DNA of 64,000 nucleotides from Planctomycetota bacterium (GCA_038748775.1 JBCDIT010000016.1:6600-70599), one strand, 5' to 3'. Positions 10,864 through 21,394 are shown, counted from the first letter of the stretch. Notes: generated by a model not told the origin, from the letters alone. Translations and numbers: made by a program.

Positions 10864-11817
10864 TCACCCCTCGTCGTGGCCGTCCATGTACGGACCCGAC
10901 GCTCCCCTGGACCCGTGCGCCGGCGCTGTCGCCGGCGAGGGTTCGTCCGATTCGATGTCGCGGGCAAACCGGTCCGCCCAGTCCGGTTCGACCGCCTCGC
11001 CGAAGCGCTCGAGCAGCACGCCCGGCGCCCCGATCGGGGCGACGACGACCTCCCCCAGATACGGCTGCGCCGCGAGGGCCAGGAAGCCCCGCTTTAGACC
11101 GGCGAAGGTCACCGTGAGGTCCGCGTTGACGCACACGCCCGGAGTCTCGCCGGTGTCCGCGATCAGCCCGCTCGGGACGTCCGCCGACACCACCGTCGCG
11201 CCCGAGCCCGACAACGCATTGAGCGCGCCGATCAGCGCCGCCGCGGCGCCCTCAGGGGCCCGGCCGAGCCCTGTACCGAAGAGGGCATCGATCACGACCG
11301 CTGGCCTCGCCTCGCTAAACAGCGCTCGAATCGCCGAATCGACCTGCTCCGCACCGTCATCGGCCGCGAGTTCGACGATCCGGAGTTCCGCCTTACGGCA
11401 CGCCTCGAGTTGGATGGCCGCGTCGCCGGTGAACGCCTCGCCCGGAGCCGAGAGCACGACGCCCACGTCGACGCCCATCGCGTCGAGGTGCCTCGCGCTG
11501 GCCAGTCCGTCGCCACCGTTGTTGCCCGGCCCGCACACGATCAGGGTCGACGACCCGTTGAAGATGCTGAGCAGCCTCATCCCGGCCTCGCTGAGCTGCG
11601 ACGACGCATGCTCCATGAGCACCAGCGTGGGCAACCCGAACACCTCGGCGCACAGCCGGTCGATGTCACGAAGTTCGTCGGTTGAGTAGACGCGGACACC
11701 GGCGGTCACGCCGAACCCGCCATCGAACGCGTTCTCGTCCTGGGCGTCGGTAAGGTCCGCCTGGGGGCGAACACGTCTCGAATCGCTCTGGTCGTCTCGG
11801 GGCCCGCTTGGTTCCAT
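10864..11817 (-). CDS. nnrE: NAD(P)H-hydrate epimerase (YjeF N-terminal domain only)
   Basis: LMEHAS...LIVCGPGNNGGDGLASARHL signature of YjeF_N. There is no YjeF_C kinase-like dehydratase domain; instead there is an acidic C-terminal tail. Confidence 0.75.
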   Translation of the reverse strand: MEPSGPRDDQSDSRRVRPQADLTDAQDENAFDGGFGVTAGVRVYSTDELRDIDRLCAEVFGLPTLVLMEHASSQLSEAGMRLLSIFNGSSTLIVCGPGNNGGDGLASARHLDAMGVDVGVVLSAPGEAFTGDAAIQLEACRKAELRIVELAADDGAEQVDSAIRALFSEARPAVVIDALFGTGLGRAPEGAAAALIGALNALSGSGATVVSADVPSGLIADTGETPGVCVNADLTVTFAGLKRGFLALAAQPYLGEVVVAPIGAPGVLLERFGEAVEPDWADRFARDIESDEPSPATAPAHGSRGASGPYMDGHDEG

Positions 11818-13223
11818 CGGAAGAGTCTACGCTGTATTGGGCGGCGGCCCGCAAGACGAAACCGCGTCGGGCCCTCGCACCGCCCTCGCACTCGCCATCG
11901 AACAGGGATTCTCCCATCGACCTTCTTGTCTCCATTGCCGGCTTGGGGCTCGTTGCCACAAGCGTGGGGTGTTCGGTCTTGTGGGGGATTGCGCTCTGGA
12001 AGATCACCGAAACCACCCGCTCGCTCCCCAACGCCGGCGACGGGGTTGAGCTTGCCGACGCGGGTCAGACACCGGAGGGCGGTGTCTGCGTCGTCATCCC
12101 GGCGCACAACGAGGAGGGTGAGATCGCGGCGCTCGTCTCGTCGTTGAAGGGGCAAGAGCACCCCGACGCCAGCTTTGTCTTCGCGCTCGACCGATGCACC
12201 GACCGAACCCGCGCGATCGCCGAAGACGCGATCGGCGGCGATGACCGGTTCGAGATCGTCGAGATCAACGAATGCCCCGACGGCTGGGCTGGCAAGGTGC
12301 ACGCCGCGTGGACGGGGTTCTCCGAGTCGAAGACGGCACAAAGTTCAGAGTTTCTCGTCTTTACCGATGCAGACTGCCGGTTCGACCCGCGCTGTTTGGA
12401 GGCGACGCTCGCGCTGCTTGACAGGCGGGGGCTCGATTTCCTGAGCCTCCATTCCGATCAATCGAGCGTGACCTGGTTCGAGCGATGCGCCCAACCCGTC
12501 GCGTGCATGGAACTGCTCCGTCAGTATCCGCTTTCAAAGGCCAACCGGCACGACGAGAACGCCAGGCCCTTCGCCAACGGTCAGTTCATGCTCTTCCGGC
12601 GAAGCGCGTACGACGCGATCGGCGGTCACAGCGCCCGGCCCGCCCAACTCCTTGAGGACATCCACTTCGCCAGGCACGTGCGCAGGGCCGGGTTCAAGGG
12701 CGGCTTGCTCGCTTCTGGCGGCATGCTCTCGTGCCGCATGTACGACACGTGGAGCGCGTTCCGCCGGGGCTGGAAGCGGATTTACACCGAAGCTGCCAAC
12801 CGCAAATCAAAGCGCCTCCGCACCGCCGCGATGCGCCTGCGGCTCGCGGTCGGCCTCGTGCCTGCATTGGCTATCGTCGGGGGATTGAGCTGGTGGCCGC
12901 TCTGGAATCACGCGGAGACGTGGATGCAGGTCGCGTCGCTCGCGGTCCACGTGATCGCGATCGGTCTGTGGGCCACGGCGTCGGTTGCGTTCGCAAGGGC
13001 AGGCCGCATCCCGATCTCGGGACTCATGAGCTGGCCTTTCGGCGCGTGGCTTGTCGGGGGCATCCTTGTCGAAGCCGCGGCCGACTTGGAAGCCGGGACA
13101 CCGACCGAGTGGGGCGGGCGCATCTACGACCGCCCGGATCGCACGGACGAGGTCAATCAGGACGGGACCAATCAGGACGAGGCCGATCCGAAGCAGGCGC
13201 GGCCGGCGGAGACGCCCGCATGA
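11808..13223 (+). CDS. family-2 glycosyltransferase, membrane-bound
   Basis: VVIPAHNEEGEI, FTDADCRFDP (DxD) and FANGQFMLFRR motifs, with flanking TM helices. The annotated start overlaps the divergent nnrE start by 10 nt, so the true start may be further downstream. Confidence 0.75.
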   Translation: MVPSEESTLYWAAARKTKPRRALAPPSHSPSNRDSPIDLLVSIAGLGLVATSVGCSVLWGIALWKITETTRSLPNAGDGVELADAGQTPEGGVCVVIPAHNEEGEIAALVSSLKGQEHPDASFVFALDRCTDRTRAIAEDAIGGDDRFEIVEINECPDGWAGKVHAAWTGFSESKTAQSSEFLVFTDADCRFDPRCLEATLALLDRRGLDFLSLHSDQSSVTWFERCAQPVACMELLRQYPLSKANRHDENARPFANGQFMLFRRSAYDAIGGHSARPAQLLEDIHFARHVRRAGFKGGLLASGGMLSCRMYDTWSAFRRGWKRIYTEAANRKSKRLRTAAMRLRLAVGLVPALAIVGGLSWWPLWNHAETWMQVASLAVHVIAIGLWATASVAFARAGRIPISGLMSWPFGAWLVGGILVEAAADLEAGTPTEWGGRIYDRPDRTDEVNQDGTNQDEADPKQARPAETPA

Positions 13224-13744
13224 GCGTGAAGCCCGGATCGGTCCGCCTTGCCCGCCGCTCGCCCGACGTGCGCGTCGAACTGACGCCGCTCATCGACGTG
13301 GTCTTTCTTCTGCTCACGTTCTTTGTGTTCTCAATCGTGCTCATGGTGCGAGTCGATGCCCTTGACGTGACGCTGCCCGAACTCACCGGCGCTGCCGATG
13401 CGCCGCGGGGCCGCCTTGTGACCGTCGCGGTGACATCTGAGGGCGACATCCGCGTTGACGGGGAGCCAACCACGCTCGAGACGCTGGCCGCGGATACGCA
13501 GGCGGCCATCGACGCCGCGACCACAGGCCCTGCTGCCGGCGCCTCTGGGACGTCATCGGGGAACGCTCCCCGGCTGGTGCTCGCGATCGACACCGATGCT
13601 CCGGCCGGCGTGTTGATCGCCGTTGGCGGTGAACTGGCGCGGAACGGGCTGGGCGGGTTCAGCCTGGTCGGCACACCCGCGGGAGCCGGCGCCGGCGGTT
13701 CGCCGACGCCGAGGGGCAACGTGCCCAACAATCCAGGACCGTGA
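13220..13744 (+). CDS. exbD: biopolymer transport protein ExbD/TolR
   Basis: ATG at 13220 overlaps the GT2 stop (ATGA). ELTPLIDVVFLLLTFFVF is the ExbD/TolR TM signature. Confidence 0.75.
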   Translation: MSVKPGSVRLARRSPDVRVELTPLIDVVFLLLTFFVFSIVLMVRVDALDVTLPELTGAADAPRGRLVTVAVTSEGDIRVDGEPTTLETLAADTQAAIDAATTGPAAGASGTSSGNAPRLVLAIDTDAPAGVLIAVGGELARNGLGGFSLVGTPAGAGAGGSPTPRGNVPNNPGP

Positions 13745-14790
13745 CCGACCAGCGGGACACCCCATCACGATCTGGCCCAGGCGTCGCCCTGGTGCTGAGT
13801 TTGGTTGTCCACGCGATCGGCGGGCTGGCGTTGGTCACGCGGGACGGCGGCGCGTCGGCGTCCGCGACGGCCGAGTTTGAGGAGTTTGACTCGCCGCCCG
13901 AGGCCACACCCGTGGGGATCGCCGAGTCGTCCGCGATGACGCTGGATTGGCTCGGGTTCGCCGACCCCACCCCGCAGTCTGCTGAGAAGGCCGAGTCGAA
14001 TCAGGCTGCGCTCGCCCCCGATCCGTCCGACGCCGACGCTCCGGACCCCGCCGAAGCGGCGCCCGCACCGACGCCCCAGCCGCAAGACCCGCAGACTCCG
14101 ACGGAACCATCGGAATCGCCGACCGAGCAACAGCCCGACCCAACCCCTGACCCAGCGCAGGAGCCCTCAACCGAAACCCCCAGCGAGACCGAGCCGGCCG
14201 AGTCTCAGGCGGCGGAACTGACCGTGAACCCCGCCAAGCCTGGCGATGAAGCGGTTGTGCCGACCGACGCGACGCCGACGCCACCCGAGACGACAACGCC
14301 GCAAACGCCGCCCTCGTCCTCGCCATCTGAGGTTCGTCCCGAAACCCCACCGGCGGAGGGTTCGGCTCCGCAGACGACCCAGAGCGGGATACCGGCGATC
14401 AAAGACGACCGTCAGTCGGAGGCGACGTCGACCGAACCGCTCGAGGTGGCCCTTAACGGCAAGCCGGTGGCCCGCGAGGGTCTTCGGATCCAGACGGTCA
14501 AGCCGGAATTTTCTATCGCGACCCGGCTCACAGCCGCGCCCCGAAACCCCCTGGTCACCGTCGATTTCGGTGCCGACGGGCGCGTTCGCGACGTGCGGTT
14601 CGAGCGGGACCCGAAGACCAAGAAACCGCTGGATACCGGGTCACCCAGGGTCAACGAGCCGGTGGTCAATGCTCTCTACCGCTGGCGGGCGTCTGGGCCC
14701 CGGATCGAGGCCCTCAAGGAGCGGCCCCGGAAAGCCGACGGGTCTGCGAACACCGAGTCGGTCACAGTTCGTATCGTTCTTCGCCGATGA
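13741..14790 (+). CDS. TonB-like energy transducer (proline-rich)
   Basis: GTG overlaps the exbD stop (GTGA). N-terminal TM (VALVLSLVVHAIGGLALV), a long Pro/Glu/Thr-rich spacer and a C-terminal TonB_C-like segment (LVTVDFGADGRVRDVRFE...NALYRWRASG). Confidence 0.55.
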   Translation: MTDQRDTPSRSGPGVALVLSLVVHAIGGLALVTRDGGASASATAEFEEFDSPPEATPVGIAESSAMTLDWLGFADPTPQSAEKAESNQAALAPDPSDADAPDPAEAAPAPTPQPQDPQTPTEPSESPTEQQPDPTPDPAQEPSTETPSETEPAESQAAELTVNPAKPGDEAVVPTDATPTPPETTTPQTPPSSSPSEVRPETPPAEGSAPQTTQSGIPAIKDDRQSEATSTEPLEVALNGKPVAREGLRIQTVKPEFSIATRLTAAPRNPLVTVDFGADGRVRDVRFERDPKTKKPLDTGSPRVNEPVVNALYRWRASGPRIEALKERPRKADGSANTESVTVRIVLRR

Positions 14791-15386
14791 AGCCTCAGAT
14801 GAGCCCCAAGATCGCCCAGATCGCCGCCCTCTCGGTCGTCACGGCCGTTTCGGCGGCATCTGCACAGACGCTGGGCTGCTGCGGCCCGGAACACGACACC
14901 AACGGGTTCCGGCGGATCGACCTCCGGCAAGACCTGCTCGCGACCGGCGGTACCGAGCCGATCGCCGAGACGCTCGTCGCCGTTTCGGGCACCGGGCTCC
15001 AGGCCCTCTTCCCTCGGTCGGGACTCAACGCCGCGTTTGGCGAGGCGATGCCCGGGACGCAGTACGTCATCGGGGCGATCCCCGAGTGGCTCGCGGCTCA
15101 GCATGGGCTCCTCCCGACTGACGAGCCGCTCGGGCCGCCGCCCCCGACGCTGCTCGACCGGGCGCTTGGGCTCGACGAACTCGACCGTCGCCTCGTGACC
15201 GCCATTGCCACGGTCCGCCGAATTGAACCCGTCGTGTGGTCGACCGAGGCAAAGGCGGAACGCCGCACCGCGTTCGCAACCGCGAGCGGCGTGTCGGTGC
15301 GCACGCTCTTGTTGAAGGCTCTGGCTTCCGAGCGACGCGACCAGCACGTCGCGCCGGTGATCCACGCCGGTCAACTCGACGACTGA
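14787..15386 (+). CDS. hypothetical secreted protein
   Basis: ATG overlaps the upstream stop (ATGA). Signal peptide [16 protein letters not shown]. No family recognised. Confidence 0.5.
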   Translation: MKPQMSPKIAQIAALSVVTAVSAASAQTLGCCGPEHDTNGFRRIDLRQDLLATGGTEPIAETLVAVSGTGLQALFPRSGLNAAFGEAMPGTQYVIGAIPEWLAAQHGLLPTDEPLGPPPPTLLDRALGLDELDRRLVTAIATVRRIEPVVWSTEAKAERRTAFATASGVSVRTLLLKALASERRDQHVAPVIHAGQLDD

Positions 15387-16378
15387 CCGTTGTCGGCGTC
15401 GGGGTCGGCGATCGAAGAACGCATCTCGGTGTCGGCGATGACGTTCTTCATGCGGTAGTAGTCCATGATGCCCATGTTGCCCGATCGGAAGGCTTCGGAC
15501 ATCGCCTTGGGCACCTCGGCCTCGGCCAGCACGACCAGCGCCTTGTTCTTCTGTTCTTCAGCTTTGAACTCTTGTTCCTGAGCAAACGCGAGAGCGCGCC
15601 GCTTCTCGGCCTCGGCCTGGAACCTCTTCTTGTCGGCTTCGGCCTGGTCGGCCTGCAGACTCGCGCCGATGTTGCTGCCGACGTCGACGTCGGCGATGTC
15701 GATGGAGAGGATCTCGAAGGCCGTGCCGGCGTCGAGGCCGCGGGCCATCACCGTTCGCGAGATGTTGTCGGGGTTCTCGAGCACGACCTTGTGCGTGTCG
15801 GCCGAACCGATCGTCGACACGATGCCCTCGCCGACGCGGGCCACGATCGTTTCTTCGGTCGCACCACCGACGAGGCGGGCCAGGTTCGTGCGCACGGTCA
15901 CGCGGGCGCGGGCCTTGAGCTGGATCCCGTCCTTAGCGACCGCGTCGATCGTGGGGCGGCCGAGGTTGGGGTTGGGGCAGTCGATGACCTTCGGGTTCAC
16001 CGACGTGTTCACCGCGTCAAGAATGTCGCGACCTGCGAGGTCGATCGCCGCGGCGGTTTCCCAATCCAACTCGATCTTGGCTCGCTTGGACGCGATGAGG
16101 GCGCTCACGACATTGGGCACGCGGCCACCGGCGAGGTAGTGGGTTTCGAGTTGAGCCGTGGAGATCGTGAGCCCGGCCTTCACCGCCCTGATTCGGCTCA
16201 GCACGATCGTGCGGGCGTCGACCTTTCTGAACCGCATCCCGATGATGTCCGCGAGGCTGACACGGGCGCTCGAGAGCAAGGCCTGGAACCAGAGGCTGAA
16301 GAAGTTGCCGACCACGGCGATGGCGACGATGAGGATCAGTGCCCCGAGGATGGCGGCGATGATGATGATGGCCTGCAA
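15371..16378 (-). CDS. floA: flotillin-like protein FloA (UPF0365)
   Basis: N-terminal TM followed by [25 protein letters not shown], and overall similarity to YqfA/FloA. 335 aa. Confidence 0.85.
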   Translation of the reverse strand: MQAIIIIAAILGALILIVAIAVVGNFFSLWFQALLSSARVSLADIIGMRFRKVDARTIVLSRIRAVKAGLTISTAQLETHYLAGGRVPNVVSALIASKRAKIELDWETAAAIDLAGRDILDAVNTSVNPKVIDCPNPNLGRPTIDAVAKDGIQLKARARVTVRTNLARLVGGATEETIVARVGEGIVSTIGSADTHKVVLENPDNISRTVMARGLDAGTAFEILSIDIADVDVGSNIGASLQADQAEADKKRFQAEAEKRRALAFAQEQEFKAEEQKNKALVVLAEAEVPKAMSEAFRSGNMGIMDYYRMKNVIADTEMRSSIADPDADNGQSSS

Positions 16379-16722
16379 GGTTGAGCTCCACTGAAAGGAC
16401 TACCGCGCCGGTGTGCCCGACGCCCGGGGAGTATAGAGGGCTTTCTGTTCGGGCCAATTCAGGCGATGACCTTGTGATAGATGGGGCAGTTCCCGGCTTG
16501 AGCGATGAGCTCGCGGAGGCCGCGGAAGGTGGGTTCGGCCGCGTGATTGGCTTTGCTCGCCCTGATCTGGTTGTCGACCATGGACCCCGGGCTCACACTC
16601 TGCGAAACGACGTCCCGACGAGGCCCTCAAAGCTGATCGGGACACCGCACAGAAGCAAATTCAGCCAGAGGCGGCACGTGATCACCCCGCCCTCAGACCC
16701 TGGTGAGAGTGTGCCAGACGGC

Positions 16723-17229
16723 TCAGGCGATCGGTTTGACACGGATGTGCGACGAGTCGACCTTCACCACCCGCACACGGGAGCCGGCGTCGACGAGGCC
16801 CGAGATCGCGGTTGCCTCGTACCGCTGACCGTCGATCCTGATTTCGCCCACCGGGCGAAGGTCGGTGAGGGTGATCGCCTCTTGGCCGACGAGGGCCGCC
16901 CGGTCAGCCTCTTCCTTCGACTCCGCGAGTTCGCGAGCCATCTCCTCTTCCTCGCTCGGGGCTCCGAGCAGAGCTCGCCCCATCGGCGTTTGTGGGAGCA
17001 TGTTGAGCGCGAAGAAGAAACTCGTCGGGCCGAGCACCATCACGAGCAAGAGCCCGATGACGCCCCACGACACGCTCACCCTGAAGAGAAACACCACGCC
17101 GGCAACGGCGCCGACCGCGGCAACCGCAGCGATCAGTCCCCCCGACGGAACAAAGGCCTCGACGATCAGCAGGAGGACGGCGGCCGCGATAAGCGCGAGC
17201 CCCCAGTAGAGCATCGCATCTCCGCTCAC
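16723..17229 (-). CDS. NfeD family protein (short form)
   Basis: Three TM helices followed by a C-terminal OB-fold-like segment (LRPVGEIRIDGQRYEATAISGLVDAGSRVRVVKV). GTG start overlaps the upstream stop. Confidence 0.7.
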   Translation of the reverse strand: MSGDAMLYWGLALIAAAVLLLIVEAFVPSGGLIAAVAAVGAVAGVVFLFRVSVSWGVIGLLLVMVLGPTSFFFALNMLPQTPMGRALLGAPSEEEEMARELAESKEEADRAALVGQEAITLTDLRPVGEIRIDGQRYEATAISGLVDAGSRVRVVKVDSSHIRVKPIA

Positions 17230-19133
17230 GCTTCGGCCTCCCCAGAAGAATCGATCGATTCGCTGTCGGTTTGTCCGCCCGTCGGCTCGACCACCCAGCT
17301 AAACCCCCTGCGTTCGAGCAGTATCACTCGGACGCCGGCTTCGATGAACGCGCCGTCTGCGACCGCGTCGACGACATCCCCGTCGATCTCGACGCTTCCC
17401 GATGGACGGAGCGGTGTGGTCGCTTCGCCGATCGCGCCGACCCGGGGCCCGGTCGTGACCGGCGGTGCCGCCGCGGCGAGTTCCGGATCGACCCGCTCTT
17501 CGTCCGTCGGGACAACGCCCGCTTCGGAAAGCACGAGCTTGCCGACGAACGGGATCGTCCCGAAGTGCTTGGCGATGAAATACACCCCGACCCCGGATGC
17601 CGCTACCGCGAGAACGACGGTCGTGACGCCGAACAACGCGTCGGTTTGTGCATCGCGGGTATCCGGGAACAGCCCGCCCGAGCCATCGGGGATGAACGTG
17701 CCGACGAGCCCGCCGAACAAGGCGACCAGCCCAAGGATCCCGAACACCCCGAACCCTGGGAGCACGAGGAGCTCGATCAAGATAAGGCAGATGCCGATGC
17801 CGATGGCCGCGATTTCCCACCACCCGGCCATCCCTATGAGTGCCGGCGGGGCGAGCAGCGCGACCAGGGCGCCCAGGGCCACGCCCCCCGGGAGCATCAT
17901 CCCCGGGCTGGTCATCTCGATGAACAACCCGAGCAGGAAGACCACGATCAAGATGCCCCGGACCGGCGTCAGTGTCAGGAACGAGACGAGGTGCTCGGAC
18001 CAGCTCCGGTTGGTGCGGGTCATGTTCTTGGCGCCGAAAAAGCTTTGGAGCTCGGCGTCGTTGTTGATCGTGGCGCTCGAGAGACCAAAACGAACGAAGT
18101 CGGCGTGGCTCAGCACCACCGCCGCCGTGCCGTCGCAGACGTAGACCGGATCGACGTACCGGCCTCGGTCCGACTCGGAAAGCTGCGGTCGCGTGGTCGC
18201 GGCAAGGGGCGAGACCTCGCCGCTCTCGGCGAACAAATCGGCGAGTTCCGGGGTGGCCGGGCGGAAGGCTCGGGCTGGGTCCACCGGTTCGATCGGCTTG
18301 GCCGGAGGGAGGTCCGCGTCGTCTGAGCCGGTGTCGTCCTCGCCCGTTGGTTCATCTGAGTCTTCGTCCGAGTCGCGGCCCGCTTGTTCTGCTTCGGCTT
18401 CCTCTCGCATCTGCGCGATCGAGTCTTCCCTGGTCGCGCCCTCGGGAACGCCAGCGAGGACCGGGCGCGAGCGGGGGGGTTCGCCGTCGAAGAGCATCGA
18501 GTACTCGATCTCGTTGATGAAGAGCCAGTCACCCGTTTGAGCGTCGCGCACCGCCCAGAGCTCGATGCCGTCGGTGCCGATCGCTTGAGCGAGGTACTCG
18601 TCGAATCCGTTGCGGCGGGCCGAGTCGACCGCGTCGGAAAGCAGCGGCGGGAGCATCTTGGTGCGCTCGGTCGCGGTGGGGGGCGCGATGCCGAAGGGGG
18701 TTTGCAAGATGAGCAGCGCATCCCCAAAGCTCGCAGGGTTGGTCGTCACGATTTCACGGCACGCCAGGCCGATGATGGCGCCGCCGGAGTAGGCCTGTGG
18801 GTTGATCCATGCGACGGTGTTCTGGATCGAGCTGGCCTTGATCGCGCCGGAGATCGCGAGGACGGCGCCGACGGCGCCGCCCGGGGAGTCGATCTCGAAG
18901 ACCATCGCGTTGGCACCGGAGTCTTCAGCGTTCTTGATCCGGCGCTTCACGCTCAGCTCGGTGATTGCCGTGATCGGGCCCTTAATGGTGATGATCGCGA
19001 CGTTGTCGGCCTGCCTGCTGGCGGGGACCGCGGTCGGTGCGCCCCCCGACGAGCCGTCTTGAGCCGCGATGGGCAGCACCCACACCAAGACAACAGCAAG
19101 AAGAGAAAGCACCGCGTTTCGCGTTCGGCCCAT
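17226..19133 (-). CDS. NfeD-type membrane-bound ClpP-class serine protease (long form)
   Basis: ClpP/SppA-like N-terminal domain (ITIKGPI...FEIDSPGGAVGAV), an acidic insert, several TM helices and a C-terminal NfeD OB fold (LRPSGSVEIDGDVVDAVADGAFIEAGVRV). Confidence 0.8.
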   Translation of the reverse strand: MGRTRNAVLSLLAVVLVWVLPIAAQDGSSGGAPTAVPASRQADNVAIITIKGPITAITELSVKRRIKNAEDSGANAMVFEIDSPGGAVGAVLAISGAIKASSIQNTVAWINPQAYSGGAIIGLACREIVTTNPASFGDALLILQTPFGIAPPTATERTKMLPPLLSDAVDSARRNGFDEYLAQAIGTDGIELWAVRDAQTGDWLFINEIEYSMLFDGEPPRSRPVLAGVPEGATREDSIAQMREEAEAEQAGRDSDEDSDEPTGEDDTGSDDADLPPAKPIEPVDPARAFRPATPELADLFAESGEVSPLAATTRPQLSESDRGRYVDPVYVCDGTAAVVLSHADFVRFGLSSATINNDAELQSFFGAKNMTRTNRSWSEHLVSFLTLTPVRGILIVVFLLGLFIEMTSPGMMLPGGVALGALVALLAPPALIGMAGWWEIAAIGIGICLILIELLVLPGFGVFGILGLVALFGGLVGTFIPDGSGGLFPDTRDAQTDALFGVTTVVLAVAASGVGVYFIAKHFGTIPFVGKLVLSEAGVVPTDEERVDPELAAAAPPVTTGPRVGAIGEATTPLRPSGSVEIDGDVVDAVADGAFIEAGVRVILLERRGFSWVVEPTGGQTDSESIDSSGEAEA

Positions 19134-19281
19134 GCGCCTGGCTCCCGACCTCAGCGACCCTACCGCCGCTCACTATCGACTCTAGGGGACTCTTTCGTGA
19201 CAAGGGCCCGACGGTTTCGTCGTCTGTGCGGGAACGGGCTTCGTTCTAGTGCGAAGCGCAAGATGGTCTCGGGCCTGGACT

Positions 19282-19797
19282 TCAGTGCTCGCTTTGCTCG
19301 ACGGTCCAGGAAATCTCTTCGCCCCGGCAGTCGATATGGACGCTGAAGAACCCGGGACGCTCTCCCTCGGGGGCTTCGTGGTCTCGAATAAGGGGCCAAA
19401 TGATCTTCCGGTCGGTCTCGGGAAGCGGCAGGTCCTCGATGGCCGAGGGCTCGTGCCACTCGAGGATCCCCTCGTCCATCTCGCCCGGTTCCACGCTCAC
19501 AGCGCCGAGCACGCGGTAATAGAAGAGCAACCAGTGTCCGGCGCCCTCGAACGCGGTTTCAGCGATCAGCCCGCCGAGGTGCAACCGATCGATCGGGACG
19601 TCGATCCCCGCTTCTTCTTGAATCTCGCGGATCGCGCACTGGGCCGGGCTCTCCCCGGTGGGCATGTCGAGCTTGCCACCGATGGGGCTGCAAAGACCTT
19701 TGTTCGGGCTGCGCTTGCGTCGGAGCAGCAGCAAACGCCCCGCGTCGTCGCGGAGATCGCAGAGGCAGGCGAGCTTGTAGGGCAGCGAGGCGCTCAT
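19282..19797 (-). CDS. NUDIX hydrolase
   Basis: Near-canonical Nudix box GGKLDMPTGESPAQCAIREIQEEAGI. An internal ATG at 19797 removes the overlap with murC that the track start (20010) would create. Confidence 0.75.
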   Translation of the reverse strand: MSASLPYKLACLCDLRDDAGRLLLLRRKRSPNKGLCSPIGGKLDMPTGESPAQCAIREIQEEAGIDVPIDRLHLGGLIAETAFEGAGHWLLFYYRVLGAVSVEPGEMDEGILEWHEPSAIEDLPLPETDRKIIWPLIRDHEAPEGERPGFFSVHIDCRGEEISWTVEQSEH

Positions 19798-19918
19798 CAG
19801 GCCAAGGGTACACCGGGCGGCTGGCGGGCGGACAGGGCCGCCGCCGATACCCTCACCTATGCGCACGGATGCGATTCGCGCGGGGGTTCCCGCTGAAGTG
19901 ACGGCAGGCCCTGTTCCG

Positions 19919-21394
19919 ATGGCCCTGAAGACGAAGACTCCATTCCTTATCGGCGTCGGCGGCGCCGGCATGTCCGCGCTGGCGAAGCTGCTGGCCGCGG
20001 ACCACGCCAAGGTGACCGGATCGGATTCGACTTCGACCGAAGTAACCGCCGAGCTTCAGGCTTCGGGGGTCCCGGTCCACGCCGACGCCGATCCGGGCGC
20101 GATCCCGGAGTCGACGGATCTGGTGATCACGTCTGCCGCGATCCGGCCAGACCATCCGCAGTTGCTCGAGGCCGCCCGTCGAGGGTTGCCCCATCTGACC
20201 TACGCGGAGGCGCTCGGGCGTTGCATGATGGGTCGGACCGGGGTCAGCGTGGCGGGGACGCACGGCAAGAGCACGACTACGGCGATGCTGGGCGTCGCGC
20301 TGACCGACGCCGGGCTCGATCCCTCGGTGATCGTCGGCGCGACGTGCGCGCAGTTGGCTGACGGTGCGCTCGCCGATTCGGACGCGTCGCCGGTGGCTTC
20401 GAGGCTCGGCGCTCGGACGGTGCCCGAGGGCCCGCTCGCGGAGAGGCCCGGGTTCCTGCTGGCCGAGGCGTGCGAGTACAACCGTTCGTTCCACCACCAC
20501 AGGCCGACGATCGCTTCGATCGCGAACGTCGAGGCTGACCATCTCGATATCTACGGATCGCTCGACGCGGTCGTCGAAGCGTTCGCCGGGTTCGCCCGGC
20601 TTGTGCCTTCCGAGTCGGAGGGGGGGCGGTTGCTCATCGGGCACGACGGGGCGCACCGGCGCGAGATCACGGCGGGGCTCGGGTGCCGCGTTGAGACGAT
20701 CGGGTTCAACCCCGCCGCCGACTGGCGGATCAGCTATGACGATGGGACGCACCGGGTGGGGGTGAGCGGCCCGGAGGGGCGGAGCGTGTCGTTCATTCTG
20801 GACATGCCCGGCCAGCACAACGCGACGAACGCGGCGGTCGCCGCGACGCTCTCGCTCATGGTCGGCGCTGACGCCGATCGTGTTTCACGATCGCTCTCGG
20901 CGTTCTCGGGTCTCGATCGGCGCATGAATCTGCGCGGCGAGAAGCCTCACCCAGTCGGCGGGACGGTGCGGGTGTACGACGACTACGGGCACCACCCGAC
21001 CGAGATCGATGCAACGCTCCGGGCGTTGCGTGCGCACGAGCGTCCTCACGAGCGGAACGCGCGCTTGATCGTCGTCTTTCAGCCTCACCAGCATTCGCGG
21101 ACACGGTTCTTGCTTGAGGAGTTCGCGACGAGCTTCGAGCATGCCGACGTGGTGATTGTTCCGCAGATCTACTTTGTCCGCGACTCGGAAGCGGAGAAGC
21201 AGCGTGTGAGCGCCGCGGATCTTGTCGATCGGCTTCGGTCACGAGGGGTTCGCGCGATGCACCTGCATCCGTTCGGCGCGATCGTCGAGGCGCTCGACGA
21301 CGTGTGCCGACCGGGCGACACACTGGTCGTGATGGGTGCGGGGCCTGTGTGGACGGTGGCGCGTGATTACCTCGCCGCGGCGCCGACGGCGTGA
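19919..21394 (+). CDS. murC: UDP-N-acetylmuramate--L-alanine ligase
   Basis: FLIGVGGAGMSALA N-terminus and Mur ligase P-loop VAGTHGKSTTTAMLG. The ATG at 19919 is preferred over the track start at 19859. Confidence 0.9.
   Translation: MALKTKTPFLIGVGGAGMSALAKLLAADHAKVTGSDSTSTEVTAELQASGVPVHADADPGAIPESTDLVITSAAIRPDHPQLLEAARRGLPHLTYAEALGRCMMGRTGVSVAGTHGKSTTTAMLGVALTDAGLDPSVIVGATCAQLADGALADSDASPVASRLGARTVPEGPLAERPGFLLAEACEYNRSFHHHRPTIASIANVEADHLDIYGSLDAVVEAFAGFARLVPSESEGGRLLIGHDGAHRREITAGLGCRVETIGFNPAADWRISYDDGTHRVGVSGPEGRSVSFILDMPGQHNATNAAVAATLSLMVGADADRVSRSLSAFSGLDRRMNLRGEKPHPVGGTVRVYDDYGHHPTEIDATLRALRAHERPHERNARLIVVFQPHQHSRTRFLLEEFATSFEHADVVIVPQIYFVRDSEAEKQRVSAADLVDRLRSRGVRAMHLHPFGAIVEALDDVCRPGDTLVVMGAGPVWTVARDYLAAAPTA

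Noticed and set aside
16381-18144. 587-aa plus-strand ORF (and 17271..18326, 351 aa)
   Set aside because: Antisense to the two NfeD genes, whose ClpP-like and OB-fold motifs are clear. The products are Ser/Pro/Thr- or Arg/Asp-rich.
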